Origin: an uncultured Candidatus Binatia bacterium
GTDB lineage: Bacteria; Desulfobacterota; Binatia; Bin18
Length of the DNA stretch: 64,000 nucleotides
Direction of reading: 5' to 3'
NCBI GenBank assembly: GCA_965214605.1
Contig: OZ243961.1
Span: forward strand, 576,001-640,000
Below are positions 38,292 through 48,157 of this stretch, piece by piece; positions within the stretch are counted from its first letter, which is position 1; each line of letters starts with the position of its first letter. Under the pieces are notes generated by a model that saw only the letters and a program-made list of their open reading frames with translations, ran no database searches and was not told the DNA's origin. The position numbers and the translations under genes are program-made.

Positions 38292-38951
38292 TCACAGAGG
38301 AGGGTGGTGGTCGGTCACAAATTTGCCGAAGTTGGCCAAGATTTGTAGGCCGACGGCCTGGCTTTTTTCTGGGTGAAATTGGGTAGCGAAGATATTGCCT
38401 GACCAAACACTCGACGCAAAATGGATGCCGTACTCGGTGGTGGTGGCCACGATGGCCGGGTCTGTTGGGATCGGATAATAGGAGTGAACAAAATACACCG
38501 CCGCGCCCTCGGGTATCTTGGCCAAATGGGGGGCTGGTCGCTCAATGTGGAGCTGGTTCCAGCCCATATGGGGGATTTTTTGTGGACCGTTGTCGGTTGT
38601 CAGCAGAGCAGGATCAAAGCGCTCGACCGTGCCTTTAAGGATGTCCAAACCTTGCTCCCGGCCAAACTCGTAACTTTCTGAAAACAGGATCTGCATACCG
38701 ACACAAATCCCAAGCAGCGGCGTGCCGCTGTTGGCCACCCGATGGACGGTTTCGATAAGCCTACATTTAGCCAGCCCGTCCATACACGCGCTAAACGCGC
38801 CCACGCCCGGCAGTACTACTCCCGCGGCAGCCTCAATGCGGGCAGCGTCCCTGGTGATTTCAGCCGGGTAGCCCATCTTCTCGCAGGCTTTTTGGACACT
38901 CCGCAGATTGCCCATACCATAGTCAATAATCGCAATTGTGCCGAGAGGCAT
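38292..38951 (-). CDS. hisH: imidazole glycerol phosphate synthase glutamine amidotransferase subunit
   Basis: IIDYGMGNLRSV, LPGVGAF, GICVGMQ, PHMGWN, YFVHSY, QFHPEKS. Start set at MPLG. Confidence 0.95.
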   Translation of the reverse strand: MPLGTIAIIDYGMGNLRSVQKACEKMGYPAEITRDAARIEAAAGVVLPGVGAFSACMDGLAKCRLIETVHRVANSGTPLLGICVGMQILFSESYEFGREQGLDILKGTVERFDPALLTTDNGPQKIPHMGWNQLHIERPAPHLAKIPEGAAVYFVHSYYPIPTDPAIVATTTEYGIHFASSVWSGNIFATQFHPEKSQAVGLQILANFGKFVTDHHPPL

Positions 38952-38977
38952 TCTCTCTCCTCCGCTCCCTCCCTCTC

Positions 38978-39001
38978 CCTCTAATTCCCCTTCGGAGCTG
39001 G
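38978..39001 (-). repeat. isolated inverted copy of the CRISPR repeat (22/24)
   Basis: Minus strand reads CCAGCTCCGAAGGGGAATTAGAGG, 26 nt upstream of the hisH ATG. Confidence 0.9.
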
Positions 39002-39031
39002 CCAGAGATATAGGTATAGGGCATAGGACAT

Positions 39032-39064
39032 CGGCTATTTCACAATCACACTGCAAAATAGCCG
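39032..39064. terminator. hairpin CGGCTATTT...AAATAGCCG (likely terminator)
   Basis: 9-bp inverted repeat between the GST stop and the orphan CRISPR repeat. Confidence 0.55.
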
Positions 39065-39085
39065 TGTATTAAAGTGGCGTGTTGT

Positions 39086-39808
39086 CTATTCCGGAACCGG
39101 CCGCGCCCGCTGGTTGTAGAGCATCTTGCGCAGGCGGTCTTTCTCTTCCTGCGACAGCTTGGAGAAGTCCATGGACAGCTCGCTGCCAACGGCCATGCCT
39201 TTTTTCACCCCGTCCCGTTCCGAGAGTTCCTCAAACCAGCGTTTGAAATATTTAAACTCGTTGATGTCCTGTCCCTGGGCCTCCCAGCTGACCGTCCAGG
39301 GATAACAAATCATATCGGCGATCGTATACTCATCACCGGCCAGATAAGGCTGCCGATAGAGCTGATTATTTAAGACGCCAAACAGACGGTTGACCTCATC
39401 TGTGAAACGCCGCACTGCATATGTCTGATCACCCTGTTCATCGCCCAAGCGCCGAAAATGACCACACTCTCCGCTTTTGGGGCCTTGGTTGGCCATCTGC
39501 CACATGACCCACTGGTTGACGACGTAACGCCCCCGCACGTCTTGGGGATAGAACTTGCCGGCCTTCTCGGCAATATACATCATCATTGCTCCAGATTCAA
39601 AAATACTGATCGGCTCGCCCCCGCCCAAGGGATCGTGGTCGACCATGGCGGGCATCCGGTTGTTAGGACAGATCTGTAGAAATTCGTCCGTGAACTGATC
39701 TCCACGGCCAATGTTGCAGGGGATCATATTGTAGGCTATGTCACACTCTTCGAGCAGAATAGTCACCTTTTTGCCGTTTGGCGTGGGCCAATAGTGTAAG
39801 TCAATCAT
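39086..39808 (-). CDS. glutathione S-transferase, YfcG/YghU-like
   Basis: WPTPNGKKV, PNNRMPA, IFESGA, YTIADM. Confidence 0.92.
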   Translation of the reverse strand: MIDLHYWPTPNGKKVTILLEECDIAYNMIPCNIGRGDQFTDEFLQICPNNRMPAMVDHDPLGGGEPISIFESGAMMMYIAEKAGKFYPQDVRGRYVVNQWVMWQMANQGPKSGECGHFRRLGDEQGDQTYAVRRFTDEVNRLFGVLNNQLYRQPYLAGDEYTIADMICYPWTVSWEAQGQDINEFKYFKRWFEELSERDGVKKGMAVGSELSMDFSKLSQEEKDRLRKMLYNQRARPVPE

Positions 39809-39937
39809 GCTGCGTACCTCCTTTTTTCCGATATCGACCGACCGGACGTTATGCCACCCTACACCGATTCGACTGACTGGAACAAGCAGGTCTGGATGCG
39901 CAAGCGCCGGGATCTTGCCTGTCGCCGAGCGAACGGC

Positions 39938-40540
39938 TTACGCATCTGTCCACTCGGTATTCCAGCGTGGAAAAAAACGCGGCACCCGCCGGCAGTATGC
40001 AGCATAGGCCTGGCCAAAACGCTGGTGTAATTCCCGCTCTTCAAACACGACAATCACATACAACAGGGGCAGACTCAGTGCCGCCCATACGTATAAGATC
40101 AGATAATTGGCCACAAAGGCGAAGCCTAGCACTGATAGAAACACTTCTAGATAGCGCGGGTGTCGTATCCGGGCATAAATCCCCTCCTGTAACAAGCTGG
40201 ACGGTTGGCTCTGAGAGCGCAGTTCGGGGAGACCGATCATGATACGCAGGGTCAAATATTTGCGGTGCTGGAGTGCAAGCGCGCCTGCTCCGCTCAGACA
40301 CACTACGGCCAGTCCCAGACAGACGGCGTTTGTCTCGTACTTGGTGGCCAACAGCGCACCGCGAACTACAAACAGGCCTCCGCCAAGCATGCTCAGCTCG
40401 GCTCCCACCAGACCATACGTCCAGCCCACCCCCCGTTTACGCCAAAATTCGGCAAAAGGGTGGATGCACAGCCAGAACAACAGCCCCGGCGGGAGGCCGA
40501 TCAGAAACGCGAACGCAATCCCGTAGCGCAACTCATCCAT
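39938..40540 (-). CDS. isoprenylcysteine carboxylmethyltransferase/PEMT family membrane protein
   Basis: GIYARIRHPRY, EERELHQRFGQAYAAYCRRVPRF. Start set at MDELRY. Confidence 0.85.
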   Translation of the reverse strand: MDELRYGIAFAFLIGLPPGLLFWLCIHPFAEFWRKRGVGWTYGLVGAELSMLGGGLFVVRGALLATKYETNAVCLGLAVVCLSGAGALALQHRKYLTLRIMIGLPELRSQSQPSSLLQEGIYARIRHPRYLEVFLSVLGFAFVANYLILYVWAALSLPLLYVIVVFEERELHQRFGQAYAAYCRRVPRFFPRWNTEWTDA

Positions 40541-40747
40541 TAGGTGCACGCCGACCCTCCGCTCCCAACCGACCGCAAGGTCCCCAACTCCATAACAGCC
40601 GATATCACCATTCCTAGGTATGAAGCACCCCCCAATCAGCCCGAGACACCAGGCGGCCTGCCTCCCTCCCCTTGTCTCTTCCCAGATCAGAATAGTACAA
40701 CCGCTTAGAAGACAACATCTTGTTGCGGACATCCGAGATTGGAGGAT

Positions 40748-41803
40748 ATGATGCTGAGGGCACTTGCAGTGTGTAGCGGAAAAGGTGGTGTAGGCAAAAC
40801 GCTGTTATCGGCCAGTCTGGCCCGGATTATTCAGCAAGCAGAAAACTGCAACGTCTTGGCAGTCGATTTAGACCTAACAGTCAGTGGGCTAACCCTCTTG
40901 TCGTTTCACAATAAACTTGAGCTTGATCAAGTCCCAATCTCACTCTTTGACTACCTGACCGGTGATGACAATGCCCAAAGTGCGCTGTTCGGAGCCTTAC
41001 AGGCCGCCGTCACATCAAGGGGCGAATATCCTTCGGCCGTGCTCTACCAGCGTCTAGATCACGTTTTTGTCCTGCCCGCCTCCACAGAAAGTGAGCGTCC
41101 GGACTGGAGCCGGTCTGCCCAGATTGAACTCGACCTGGCGATTGAAAAAATTGCCCAGCTGCGACATTTTGCCGCTGAGTCGCTGGACATCGACTATCTG
41201 ATTTTTGATACTCAAGCTGGCTTGGGCAGCCTCAGTCTGGCCGCGGCAACGCTCAGCGATATGACCCTTATCGTGATGGAAGAAGACGATATCAGCTGGT
41301 TCACCGCGCTGCGCATGTTCACCGAAATTACCGAGTTGAACAGACGCCTCAAAAACCGCTCGCGCAGCTACTTCCTGGCCAACAAAGTCCAAGCTGGGCT
41401 GATGGATATGGCCAGCAAACTGAAAGCCTTTTCCTTTCTGCCACCGATCCCGTTCGATAGCTGGATGCAGCGTCTGGTGTCGAACTCGACCGCCGTTGTC
41501 CTTGAAAAAGAGTTTGAAGACAGCGACTTCTTTCGTCGTTTACAAACCCGGGTGTGGCGAGAAATGGCCAGCCTTTTTGGACTCAGCCAGAGTCCCCAAA
41601 AAAATGCCTCGTTTAGCTGGTGGCGGCAGCTCAAGGGACCGGTCGAGCCAATGCCGAAAGCCAAGCCCACAGCGTCGTCCCCCCCTCCCCGCCTCAGCCC
41701 GAATTTCCAGAACAGTCAGCCAGAAAAAACCACGCCCTCCGCCGCCAAAGCCCAGCCTGCTGACCAACCTCACCGGTTAGACGTCAAAAGTGAAGTCCGT
41801 TGA
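40748..41803 (+). CDS. ParA/MinD-family ATPase
   Basis: SGKGGVGKT, VDLD, DYLIFDTQAG, ANKV. Confidence 0.85.
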   Translation: MMLRALAVCSGKGGVGKTLLSASLARIIQQAENCNVLAVDLDLTVSGLTLLSFHNKLELDQVPISLFDYLTGDDNAQSALFGALQAAVTSRGEYPSAVLYQRLDHVFVLPASTESERPDWSRSAQIELDLAIEKIAQLRHFAAESLDIDYLIFDTQAGLGSLSLAAATLSDMTLIVMEEDDISWFTALRMFTEITELNRRLKNRSRSYFLANKVQAGLMDMASKLKAFSFLPPIPFDSWMQRLVSNSTAVVLEKEFEDSDFFRRLQTRVWREMASLFGLSQSPQKNASFSWWRQLKGPVEPMPKAKPTASSPPPRLSPNFQNSQPEKTTPSAAKAQPADQPHRLDVKSEVR

Positions 41804-41804
41804 T

Positions 41805-42782
41805 CTAATGTGACGGAATCAGGACGACTTTCCCCGTCGTACGTCGGGCGGCCAGATAGCGATGGGCATCGGCCGCGTGGGCAAGGGGAAACGTCCGGTC
41901 CATAACAGGCCGCAGGGTTCCGGCTTGAACCATGGCCAGCAGCTCCTGCATCGGCCGACGATGCAGGGCGACGTACCACGGCGGCATGCCCAGATGCAGA
42001 CCGCTGACCGTAATATTACGGATCAAAATCTGAGTGGCATCAAGCATCGGCAGGGAGCCACTCGCCCGGCCATAAATGACCAGCCGGCCCATCGGCACCA
42101 GGCAGTTCAGGCTACGGGTCAACACGTCTCCGCCAACACATTCCAGCACCACATCGACCCCCCGTCGGTCGGTCATACGCAGGATCTCAGACACAAAGTC
42201 GTGCTCAGCATAGTTAATGACTTCCTGGATGCCAAGGTGGCGTAAACGTTCTAGCTTTTGCTCGCTCGAAGCCGTTCCAAATACGCGGGCCCCCCACAGC
42301 TTGGCCAGCTGGACGGCGATTGTGCCGACCCCGCTGGCAGCGGCCTGGACCAACACAAAATCTTGGGGCTGAAGGCGCGCGCTCGTCTTCAGGAGATGAT
42401 AGGCAGTGGCACCGGCAACCGGCATACCAGCCGCAGCCTCAAAACTCAGGGAATCGGGAAGAGGGTAAACCGCCTCCGGCGGTGCCGTGACATACTCAGC
42501 ATAGCCACCAGTCCCAACCCAGGCCATGACCCGATCGCCAGGCCTGACCGTGCTGACCTCAGCCCCGGTCCGAGCAACCCGACCGGCTACCTCCAGACCG
42601 GGTATCAACGGCAGCGGGTAGGCGAACGGGTAGCGGCCCTGCCGCCGACCGAGGTCAGAATAATTGACCCCTGCCGCCGCCACCTTGATCAGAACCTGCT
42701 CGTCTTCGACAGACGGTTCATCCACATCCTCATAGCACAATACCTCGGGCCCGCCGAACTGGTGAAAACGGATGGCTCGCAT
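41805..42782 (-). CDS. NADPH:quinone oxidoreductase (MDR family)
   Basis: GGPEVL, AAGVNYSD, QAAASGVG, TTGKVVL. Confidence 0.92.
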   Translation of the reverse strand: MRAIRFHQFGGPEVLCYEDVDEPSVEDEQVLIKVAAAGVNYSDLGRRQGRYPFAYPLPLIPGLEVAGRVARTGAEVSTVRPGDRVMAWVGTGGYAEYVTAPPEAVYPLPDSLSFEAAAGMPVAGATAYHLLKTSARLQPQDFVLVQAAASGVGTIAVQLAKLWGARVFGTASSEQKLERLRHLGIQEVINYAEHDFVSEILRMTDRRGVDVVLECVGGDVLTRSLNCLVPMGRLVIYGRASGSLPMLDATQILIRNITVSGLHLGMPPWYVALHRRPMQELLAMVQAGTLRPVMDRTFPLAHAADAHRYLAARRTTGKVVLIPSH

Positions 42783-42812
42783 GGTTCACTCTGTGCCTGG
42801 AGGACGTATATC

Positions 42813-43751
42813 TTAGAATACGGCCAGCGGATTCACCGGTGAGGCGGTTCCCTTGACCAGCACTAGCGGTGCAATGATCGACAGAAACGTCCAGCGCGAT
42901 CGCTCGGCACACGCTTGAGCGACGGCCTCTAGGTCACAGTTGTCTATCAGGTGCAGGCCCATGGCCACAATTGTGACGGCATGGATGGGTAACATCAGCT
43001 TGTCGTAGCCGCTAGGCAGCACATCGCTAGCACCGTCTCCGGCCATGGCGGCAACTTCGTGGGCATGCAGCCACGGCAGGCAGGCCGCCCCGAGTCCGGC
43101 CATCCCTTCGCTAAACGAGTCCCACGGTCCTTTTGATCTCAGCCGGGCGTGCCGCCCGGTACGAACAAACAGGACGTCTCCACTCTCGACCCGAAAGCCA
43201 CCCGCCTGTTCGGCCTGGTCAAGGTCGGCCGGGGTGATTTCCTCTCCGGGTTCAAGCCACTCTTTGCTCTTCAGCCGAGGGATATCGATCAATACTCCCC
43301 GGGACACGATCCCGTCTTTGAGCGCGTCAATAGCCCCGTTTTTGGCGCCCTTGGTCCCAACGTCTTCTGACGAATAGCCGTTATACATTTGGCCCTTGTG
43401 AAAGACGTGGCACAGCGCGTCCAAATGTGTGTTGGCCAGCCCGTGCGGCGCAATTGCAAAGTAATCGGCACTATATGGAATCGGCGCAGCACTGCTCTCT
43501 CCTTGAGACCCAGTCTGTATCATGAGGTGCATCACCGGAGTCGGATTATCAGGACCGGGTTCGGTCGCTAAAGGCAGAGACATAGACACGGTGTGGCCGT
43601 CTTGGATCAGAGTGGCAGCCTGGGCCCGCTTTTCCGGCGTAATATAGTTGAGCGCTCCCACTTGGTCGTCCTTGCCCCATTTGCCCCAGTTGCTGAGGGT
43701 GATGAAAAACTCGCTGACTTGCGCTTCGCTCAGATCACGATTGGCTACCAT
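42813..43751 (-). CDS. cyclase (kynurenine formamidase-like) family protein
   Basis: NWGKWGKDDQVGALN, HGLANTHLDALCH, GIVSRGVLID, ASPVNPLAVF. Confidence 0.9.
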   Translation of the reverse strand: MVANRDLSEAQVSEFFITLSNWGKWGKDDQVGALNYITPEKRAQAATLIQDGHTVSMSLPLATEPGPDNPTPVMHLMIQTGSQGESSAAPIPYSADYFAIAPHGLANTHLDALCHVFHKGQMYNGYSSEDVGTKGAKNGAIDALKDGIVSRGVLIDIPRLKSKEWLEPGEEITPADLDQAEQAGGFRVESGDVLFVRTGRHARLRSKGPWDSFSEGMAGLGAACLPWLHAHEVAAMAGDGASDVLPSGYDKLMLPIHAVTIVAMGLHLIDNCDLEAVAQACAERSRWTFLSIIAPLVLVKGTASPVNPLAVF

Positions 43752-43834
43752 ACTCGTCCCCCCTTTGGGCGGCATCATAGTCAGCGCTTATTGGAGCTGT
43801 CAAGGAAAATACACTAGCCACTCGGCGGACAGCT

Positions 43835-44686
43835 ATGATACACACAGACATGTTCCAAACGCAGGTTATGATGGATCTTCTGACTCGACTTACGGAGGCG
43901 CTTGCCCCCTACGGACTGAATCTGGTCGGCACCACTACCCGAGCGGCGTATGAGTCGCTCGTACCCACCTCCTACCGTCTTGAACCGCTCCTGCCGCAGA
44001 CCCAAACCGTCATCGTTATCGGCAACGGGGGAAGCGCTTTTTGGACCACCTTCCGCCCCTACGCCGACCGCCATGCGGGCGACCCCCACCCACTGGATGA
44101 CTACACGGTTGAGATTATCGAACACAGCCTGACGCCGATCCTCAAGCCCTCAGGGAGAGGCTATCGCTATGTGTACCCGTTTCGCTTTGGGACCGAACCG
44201 GTCTCGTTTATGCACCTAGCCCAGGCCGCGGGTCTGGCCGGACCAAGTATTCTGGGTATTATGATTCATCCGGTCTACGGTCCGTGGCTAGCGCTGCGCG
44301 CCGCCGTATTAGTGGCCCACGACCTCTCCCATCCGCCCTCAGCACCGGGCTTCAACCCCTGCCCCAGCTGTATCGAAAAGCCCTGCATCCAGGCCTGCCC
44401 AGCGGGTGTGATCGGTGCGCGGCACGGTTGGAACATTTCTGGATGCGCCAAGCACCGCCTCGCCGCGGATCAGTGCGCGGCTTTCTGTCACGCTCGCCAC
44501 AGCTGCGTATACGGTCGGAAGCACCGCTATCCGCCGGATGCCCTACGCCACCATCAAGCCCAGAGTCTAGCCACCATGAGGCAATACGAAGAAGAGGACG
44601 ATAAGTCGTTTACAGCGCACAGGCGCTCTGTTGGGGCTGGAAACCAAAGCAATGGAGCAGTGCAAACCCGTTCGACGATACCTTGA
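43835..44686 (+). CDS. 4Fe-4S protein, QueG/MMACHC-like
   Basis: HPLDDY, IHPVYGPWLALRAA, CPSC..KPCIQACP, C..RHSC. Start is uncertain. Confidence 0.7.
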   Translation: MIHTDMFQTQVMMDLLTRLTEALAPYGLNLVGTTTRAAYESLVPTSYRLEPLLPQTQTVIVIGNGGSAFWTTFRPYADRHAGDPHPLDDYTVEIIEHSLTPILKPSGRGYRYVYPFRFGTEPVSFMHLAQAAGLAGPSILGIMIHPVYGPWLALRAAVLVAHDLSHPPSAPGFNPCPSCIEKPCIQACPAGVIGARHGWNISGCAKHRLAADQCAAFCHARHSCVYGRKHRYPPDALRHHQAQSLATMRQYEEEDDKSFTAHRRSVGAGNQSNGAVQTRSTIP

Positions 44687-44998
44687 AGTTTTCTCCAACG
44701 CTGTAAGAGAGGGGGGGCAGCCGGCGACAGGGCGGCGCACTCACCAGGAGATCACAGGAAGCCCTGACCGCCACTGTTGCCGACTGACGGACAGGCGAGG
44801 CTGGCACACGTCGCCACGAAGACTGACAGCACTCCTTTGCAGGCTTGAGATGAGCGCGAACTTTCAGGACGTATCAAAAGCCACGCAGTACACGATGCGG
44901 GCAGGGTTTGCCCCTACCCGCATCGGAACGATCATCGGCGCTCGCCTCCCCTTCGTTCGCTACCTGACCTCGTAAGGCACCACATTTTCCTTTTGGCT

Positions 44999-45607
44999 TC
45001 AGGCTTTGGCGCTAGGCCGTGCCGACACCTCCTCGTGCCAACGGGCCAGATTTTTCTGCTCGGGCGCAATGCTAATCTTCGACACCCGACCAAAATCAGT
45101 CGCACACAGAGCGGTAATATCGGCAACCGTGAAGCGCTCGCCGGCAATAAACTGCCGGTCGGCCAAGACCTCGTCTAGCCAGGCCAGGTTTTGGATAGCC
45201 CGCCGCTTGGCCACCTCGGCATACTCCGGGCACTGCTCAATGCGGCCCTTAAAAAACGCGTGGTGTTGGCGAAATGCGTCGGCAATCGGCAGCAGAAGTT
45301 CAAACTCCATACGGCGGTCCCACATGGCCACCACAGCCCTATCTGTGGCGTCAACACCTAGTAGCGGCGGCTCTGGGTGGATTTCTTCAAAATAGCGGCA
45401 AATGGCGGCACTTTCTGCAATACAGGTCCCGTCGTCCAGTTCTAAGACCGGTACGGTACCCAGCGGATTTTTCTGTCGGAATTCGCCCTGACGGTTGACA
45501 GCGTTCACGATATCGACTTCCTCAAACGGCACATCAATCCCTTTTTCAGCCACAAAAATGCGGACCCGACGCGGGTTAGGAGCGGCTTTGCTATCGTGAA
45601 TCTTCAT
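44999..45607 (-). CDS. glutathione S-transferase
   Basis: APNPRRVRIF, NPLGTVPVLE, IAESAAICRY, FTVADIT. Confidence 0.92.
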   Translation of the reverse strand: MKIHDSKAAPNPRRVRIFVAEKGIDVPFEEVDIVNAVNRQGEFRQKNPLGTVPVLELDDGTCIAESAAICRYFEEIHPEPPLLGVDATDRAVVAMWDRRMEFELLLPIADAFRQHHAFFKGRIEQCPEYAEVAKRRAIQNLAWLDEVLADRQFIAGERFTVADITALCATDFGRVSKISIAPEQKNLARWHEEVSARPSAKA

Positions 45608-45762
45608 AATAACCTCCTTGCTGAAGACTAGGCTCACTCTATAGGAACCAAGAAACCGAAGCTAGAGAAGCGGGAGACAAGACCGCTCGCGGCCCTGCTA
45701 TCAGGACGGCATGCTTCCGGTGGCAGCGAATGTAGGCTATGCTTCGCCACAGGAGACGCAAC

Positions 45763-46824
45763 ATGCCCTGGTCAGACCCCGCCCTGCAATCGGAAGCCTA
45801 CGAACTGAATGACGCCGGACAGGCCAACGAATTTTACCAAGACAGAGGCTGGACCGACGGACTGCCAATTGTTCCGCCCACCGCCGAAGGAGTGTCTGCC
45901 TGTCTACGGGCGGCCAGCCTCAGCCCGGACACGATCATTGGCACCGAACGCGTTCGGCAGCGGCCTTTGACCGCCGAAAAAGTGGCAATTAATGCCGTCA
46001 TGGCGGGCTGTTTACCCAGCTATATGCCAGTCTTGGTCGCCGTGCTGCAAGCCATGTGTGAAGAACCGTTTAATCTGCACGGGAGTACGGCTAGCACCGG
46101 CGGCAGCGCCCAATTTATTGTTGTCAACGGTCCCATCCGTCAGACCCTGGGCATGAATGCCACCCACAATGTCCTGAGCACCGGTAACCGTGCCAATGCA
46201 ACAATCGGCCGAGCGGTACGCCTGGTGTTAATCAATGTGCTCGGCTGCATCCCCGGTCAGCTGGACCGTTCAACCCTGGGGCACCCAGGCAAGTATTCGC
46301 TGTGCCTTGCCGAAGACGAGGAAGACAGCCCGTGGCTGCCACTGGCCCAACAGCGCGGCGTAGCTGAGGGCGTATCGGCCGTTACCGTTATGGCGTGTGA
46401 GTCTCCCCACCAGACCATGAACGAATGGACGCACGATCCCGAAGAGATCGTCGAGACCTTTGCCGCGGAGATGCGTCACAATATGCTGACGTACTCCATC
46501 TGGCCGGGCAACTATGGGCTGGTCATTCCTAAACAGCTGCGCGAGCTGCTGGTCGCGGCCGGCTGGCAAAAAAAAGAGATCCAGGAGCATATTTACCGCC
46601 GCGCCTGGGTCAAACGGAGCGACTGGGCCAGTGTCGGCAAGGCCAATATCGTCAACCGGGGCGGCGGACCAGACCAAGAATTTAGCGCCTTGCGCGCGCC
46701 CGAGGATCTGCTAGTCGTTGCCGCCGGTGGACCGGCGGGCGGATTTGGCGCGGTTGTGCCACCCTGGTTGGGGTCCAAGGCCCTGGCAGTGACCAAGCCG
46801 GTCAGTCTGCCGAGAGGAGGGTAG
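45763..46824 (+). CDS. conserved protein typically paired with UGSC selenoproteins
   Basis: GWTDGLPIVPPT, EKVAINAVMAGC, NRANATIGRA, LVVAAGG. Confidence 0.75.
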   Translation: MPWSDPALQSEAYELNDAGQANEFYQDRGWTDGLPIVPPTAEGVSACLRAASLSPDTIIGTERVRQRPLTAEKVAINAVMAGCLPSYMPVLVAVLQAMCEEPFNLHGSTASTGGSAQFIVVNGPIRQTLGMNATHNVLSTGNRANATIGRAVRLVLINVLGCIPGQLDRSTLGHPGKYSLCLAEDEEDSPWLPLAQQRGVAEGVSAVTVMACESPHQTMNEWTHDPEEIVETFAAEMRHNMLTYSIWPGNYGLVIPKQLRELLVAAGWQKKEIQEHIYRRAWVKRSDWASVGKANIVNRGGGPDQEFSALRAPEDLLVVAAGGPAGGFGAVVPPWLGSKALAVTKPVSLPRGG

Positions 46825-46828
46825 CTGT

Positions 46829-47353
46829 ATGAGTATCCGTGTTCTGAACCCGACCTTTGACCAAATGGTGCGCCAAAACGGACGGACGCCGCGTTTAAGC
46901 TCGTTGCAAGGATGTACAGTCGGATTGTTGGATAACAGCAAAATCAAAGTCTGCGAACTCCTCGACCATATGGAGGATATGCTGCGTACCGAGTATGGTG
47001 TAGCCAGTATCATTCGCCTCAAAAAGCCCGATGCCAGTCGGCCCGCGCCGCAAGAGCTAGTGACCGAGATGGCGCGCTGTGAGGCTGTCATCTCGGCCGT
47101 CGGAGATTGAGGCAGCTGTTCGTCGTGCAGTTTGTACGACGCCCTGAGCGCCGAAAAAATCGGCGTTGCGGCCACCGCAATTATTACCGACCGTTTTGTC
47201 CAAACCGCCCAGGTTATGGCCCAGGTTTCGGGTATGACGGATTATCCATTTGCCGTCATTCCGCACCCGATCGCCAATAATGCACCAACCGTGCTGCGCG
47301 AAAAGGCGCACCAGGCGCTGCGCCAATGCGTCAGGTATTTGGTGCAGGGCTAG
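46829..47353 (+). CDS. UGSC-family thioredoxin-like selenoprotein (UGA at 47108)
   Basis: GLLDNSK...AVGD-TGA-GSCSSCSLYD continues in frame to IPHPIA. Confidence 0.9.
47121..47141 (+). promoter_or_regulatory. putative bacterial SECIS hairpin
   Basis: CGTCGTGCA-GTT-TGTACGACG: 9-bp stem with GUU loop starting 19 nt after the UGA. Confidence 0.7.
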
Positions 47354-47364
47354 GGCCGTAAGCC

Positions 47365-48057
47365 TTGAAAAAAGAGCAAACCAAGAGCGGAAAACACGCC
47401 CTCCGGGAGGAATCCATCCTCCAAGCCGCAGCCGCCTGCTTTGGCGAGTACGGCTACCGCGCCACCACTCTAGAGATGGTTGCTGAACGGCTCGACATCT
47501 CGCGCGTGACCCTCTACCGCTACTGTCCAAGCAAGGAAGAGCTGCTGATTCGAATCTTCGAGCGCTCCATTGCTATCTTTCAACGCGGCCTGCGTCACAT
47601 CTGTGAACAAGATATTCCGCCGGCTGAAAAACTGCGCCAAATTATCCGCCACCAGGTTCGATTGATGGCGGATCATCGCAATTTTTTAACCGTCTACTTC
47701 AGCGAAGAAGGCAATCTGCCACCTGACATGGCCGAACGCTCCCGTACTGAGCGACGGGTCTATGATGGGCTGATCGAGGGGGTGATTCGCGAGGGCGTGG
47801 AGTCCGGTCAGTTTGCGCCACTGCCGGTCAAACTGCTGTCTTTTGCCATCCTCGGGATGTGCAACTGGTTGTATCAGTGGTACCAGTCCGATGGCCCGCT
47901 GGCTGCGGATGAGGTCGCTCGAATTTTTATTGACCTCGTCGAGCACGGCTATCTGCGCGGTGACCCGCAGTACGAGCTGCTATCCGGCCTGGAACGGATT
48001 GAAAAAACCCTCGGTTCCCTCCAACGCCACCTCCAACCCCTCGCCCCCAAGCCCTAA
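47365..48057 (+). CDS. TetR-family regulator (KstR2-like C-terminus)
   Basis: ILQAAAACFGEYGYRATT...TLYRYCPSKEELL; ILGMCNWLYQWYQSDG. Confidence 0.9.
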   Translation: MKKEQTKSGKHALREESILQAAAACFGEYGYRATTLEMVAERLDISRVTLYRYCPSKEELLIRIFERSIAIFQRGLRHICEQDIPPAEKLRQIIRHQVRLMADHRNFLTVYFSEEGNLPPDMAERSRTERRVYDGLIEGVIREGVESGQFAPLPVKLLSFAILGMCNWLYQWYQSDGPLAADEVARIFIDLVEHGYLRGDPQYELLSGLERIEKTLGSLQRHLQPLAPKP

Positions 48058-48157
48058 TCCTCTTCATAACCCGTTCGCCTGACGTAGACCGCTCCAGGCT
48101 CGGCTGCCTGTAAAGCGGGTAACCCAAACAAGTGGTTGACGGGTCTAAACATATAGC

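Noticed and set aside
38952-39056. N-terminal extension of HisH in the ORF track
   Set aside because: It translates the orphan CRISPR repeat (SSEGELEG); the real start is probably ATG 38951 after a purine-rich RBS.
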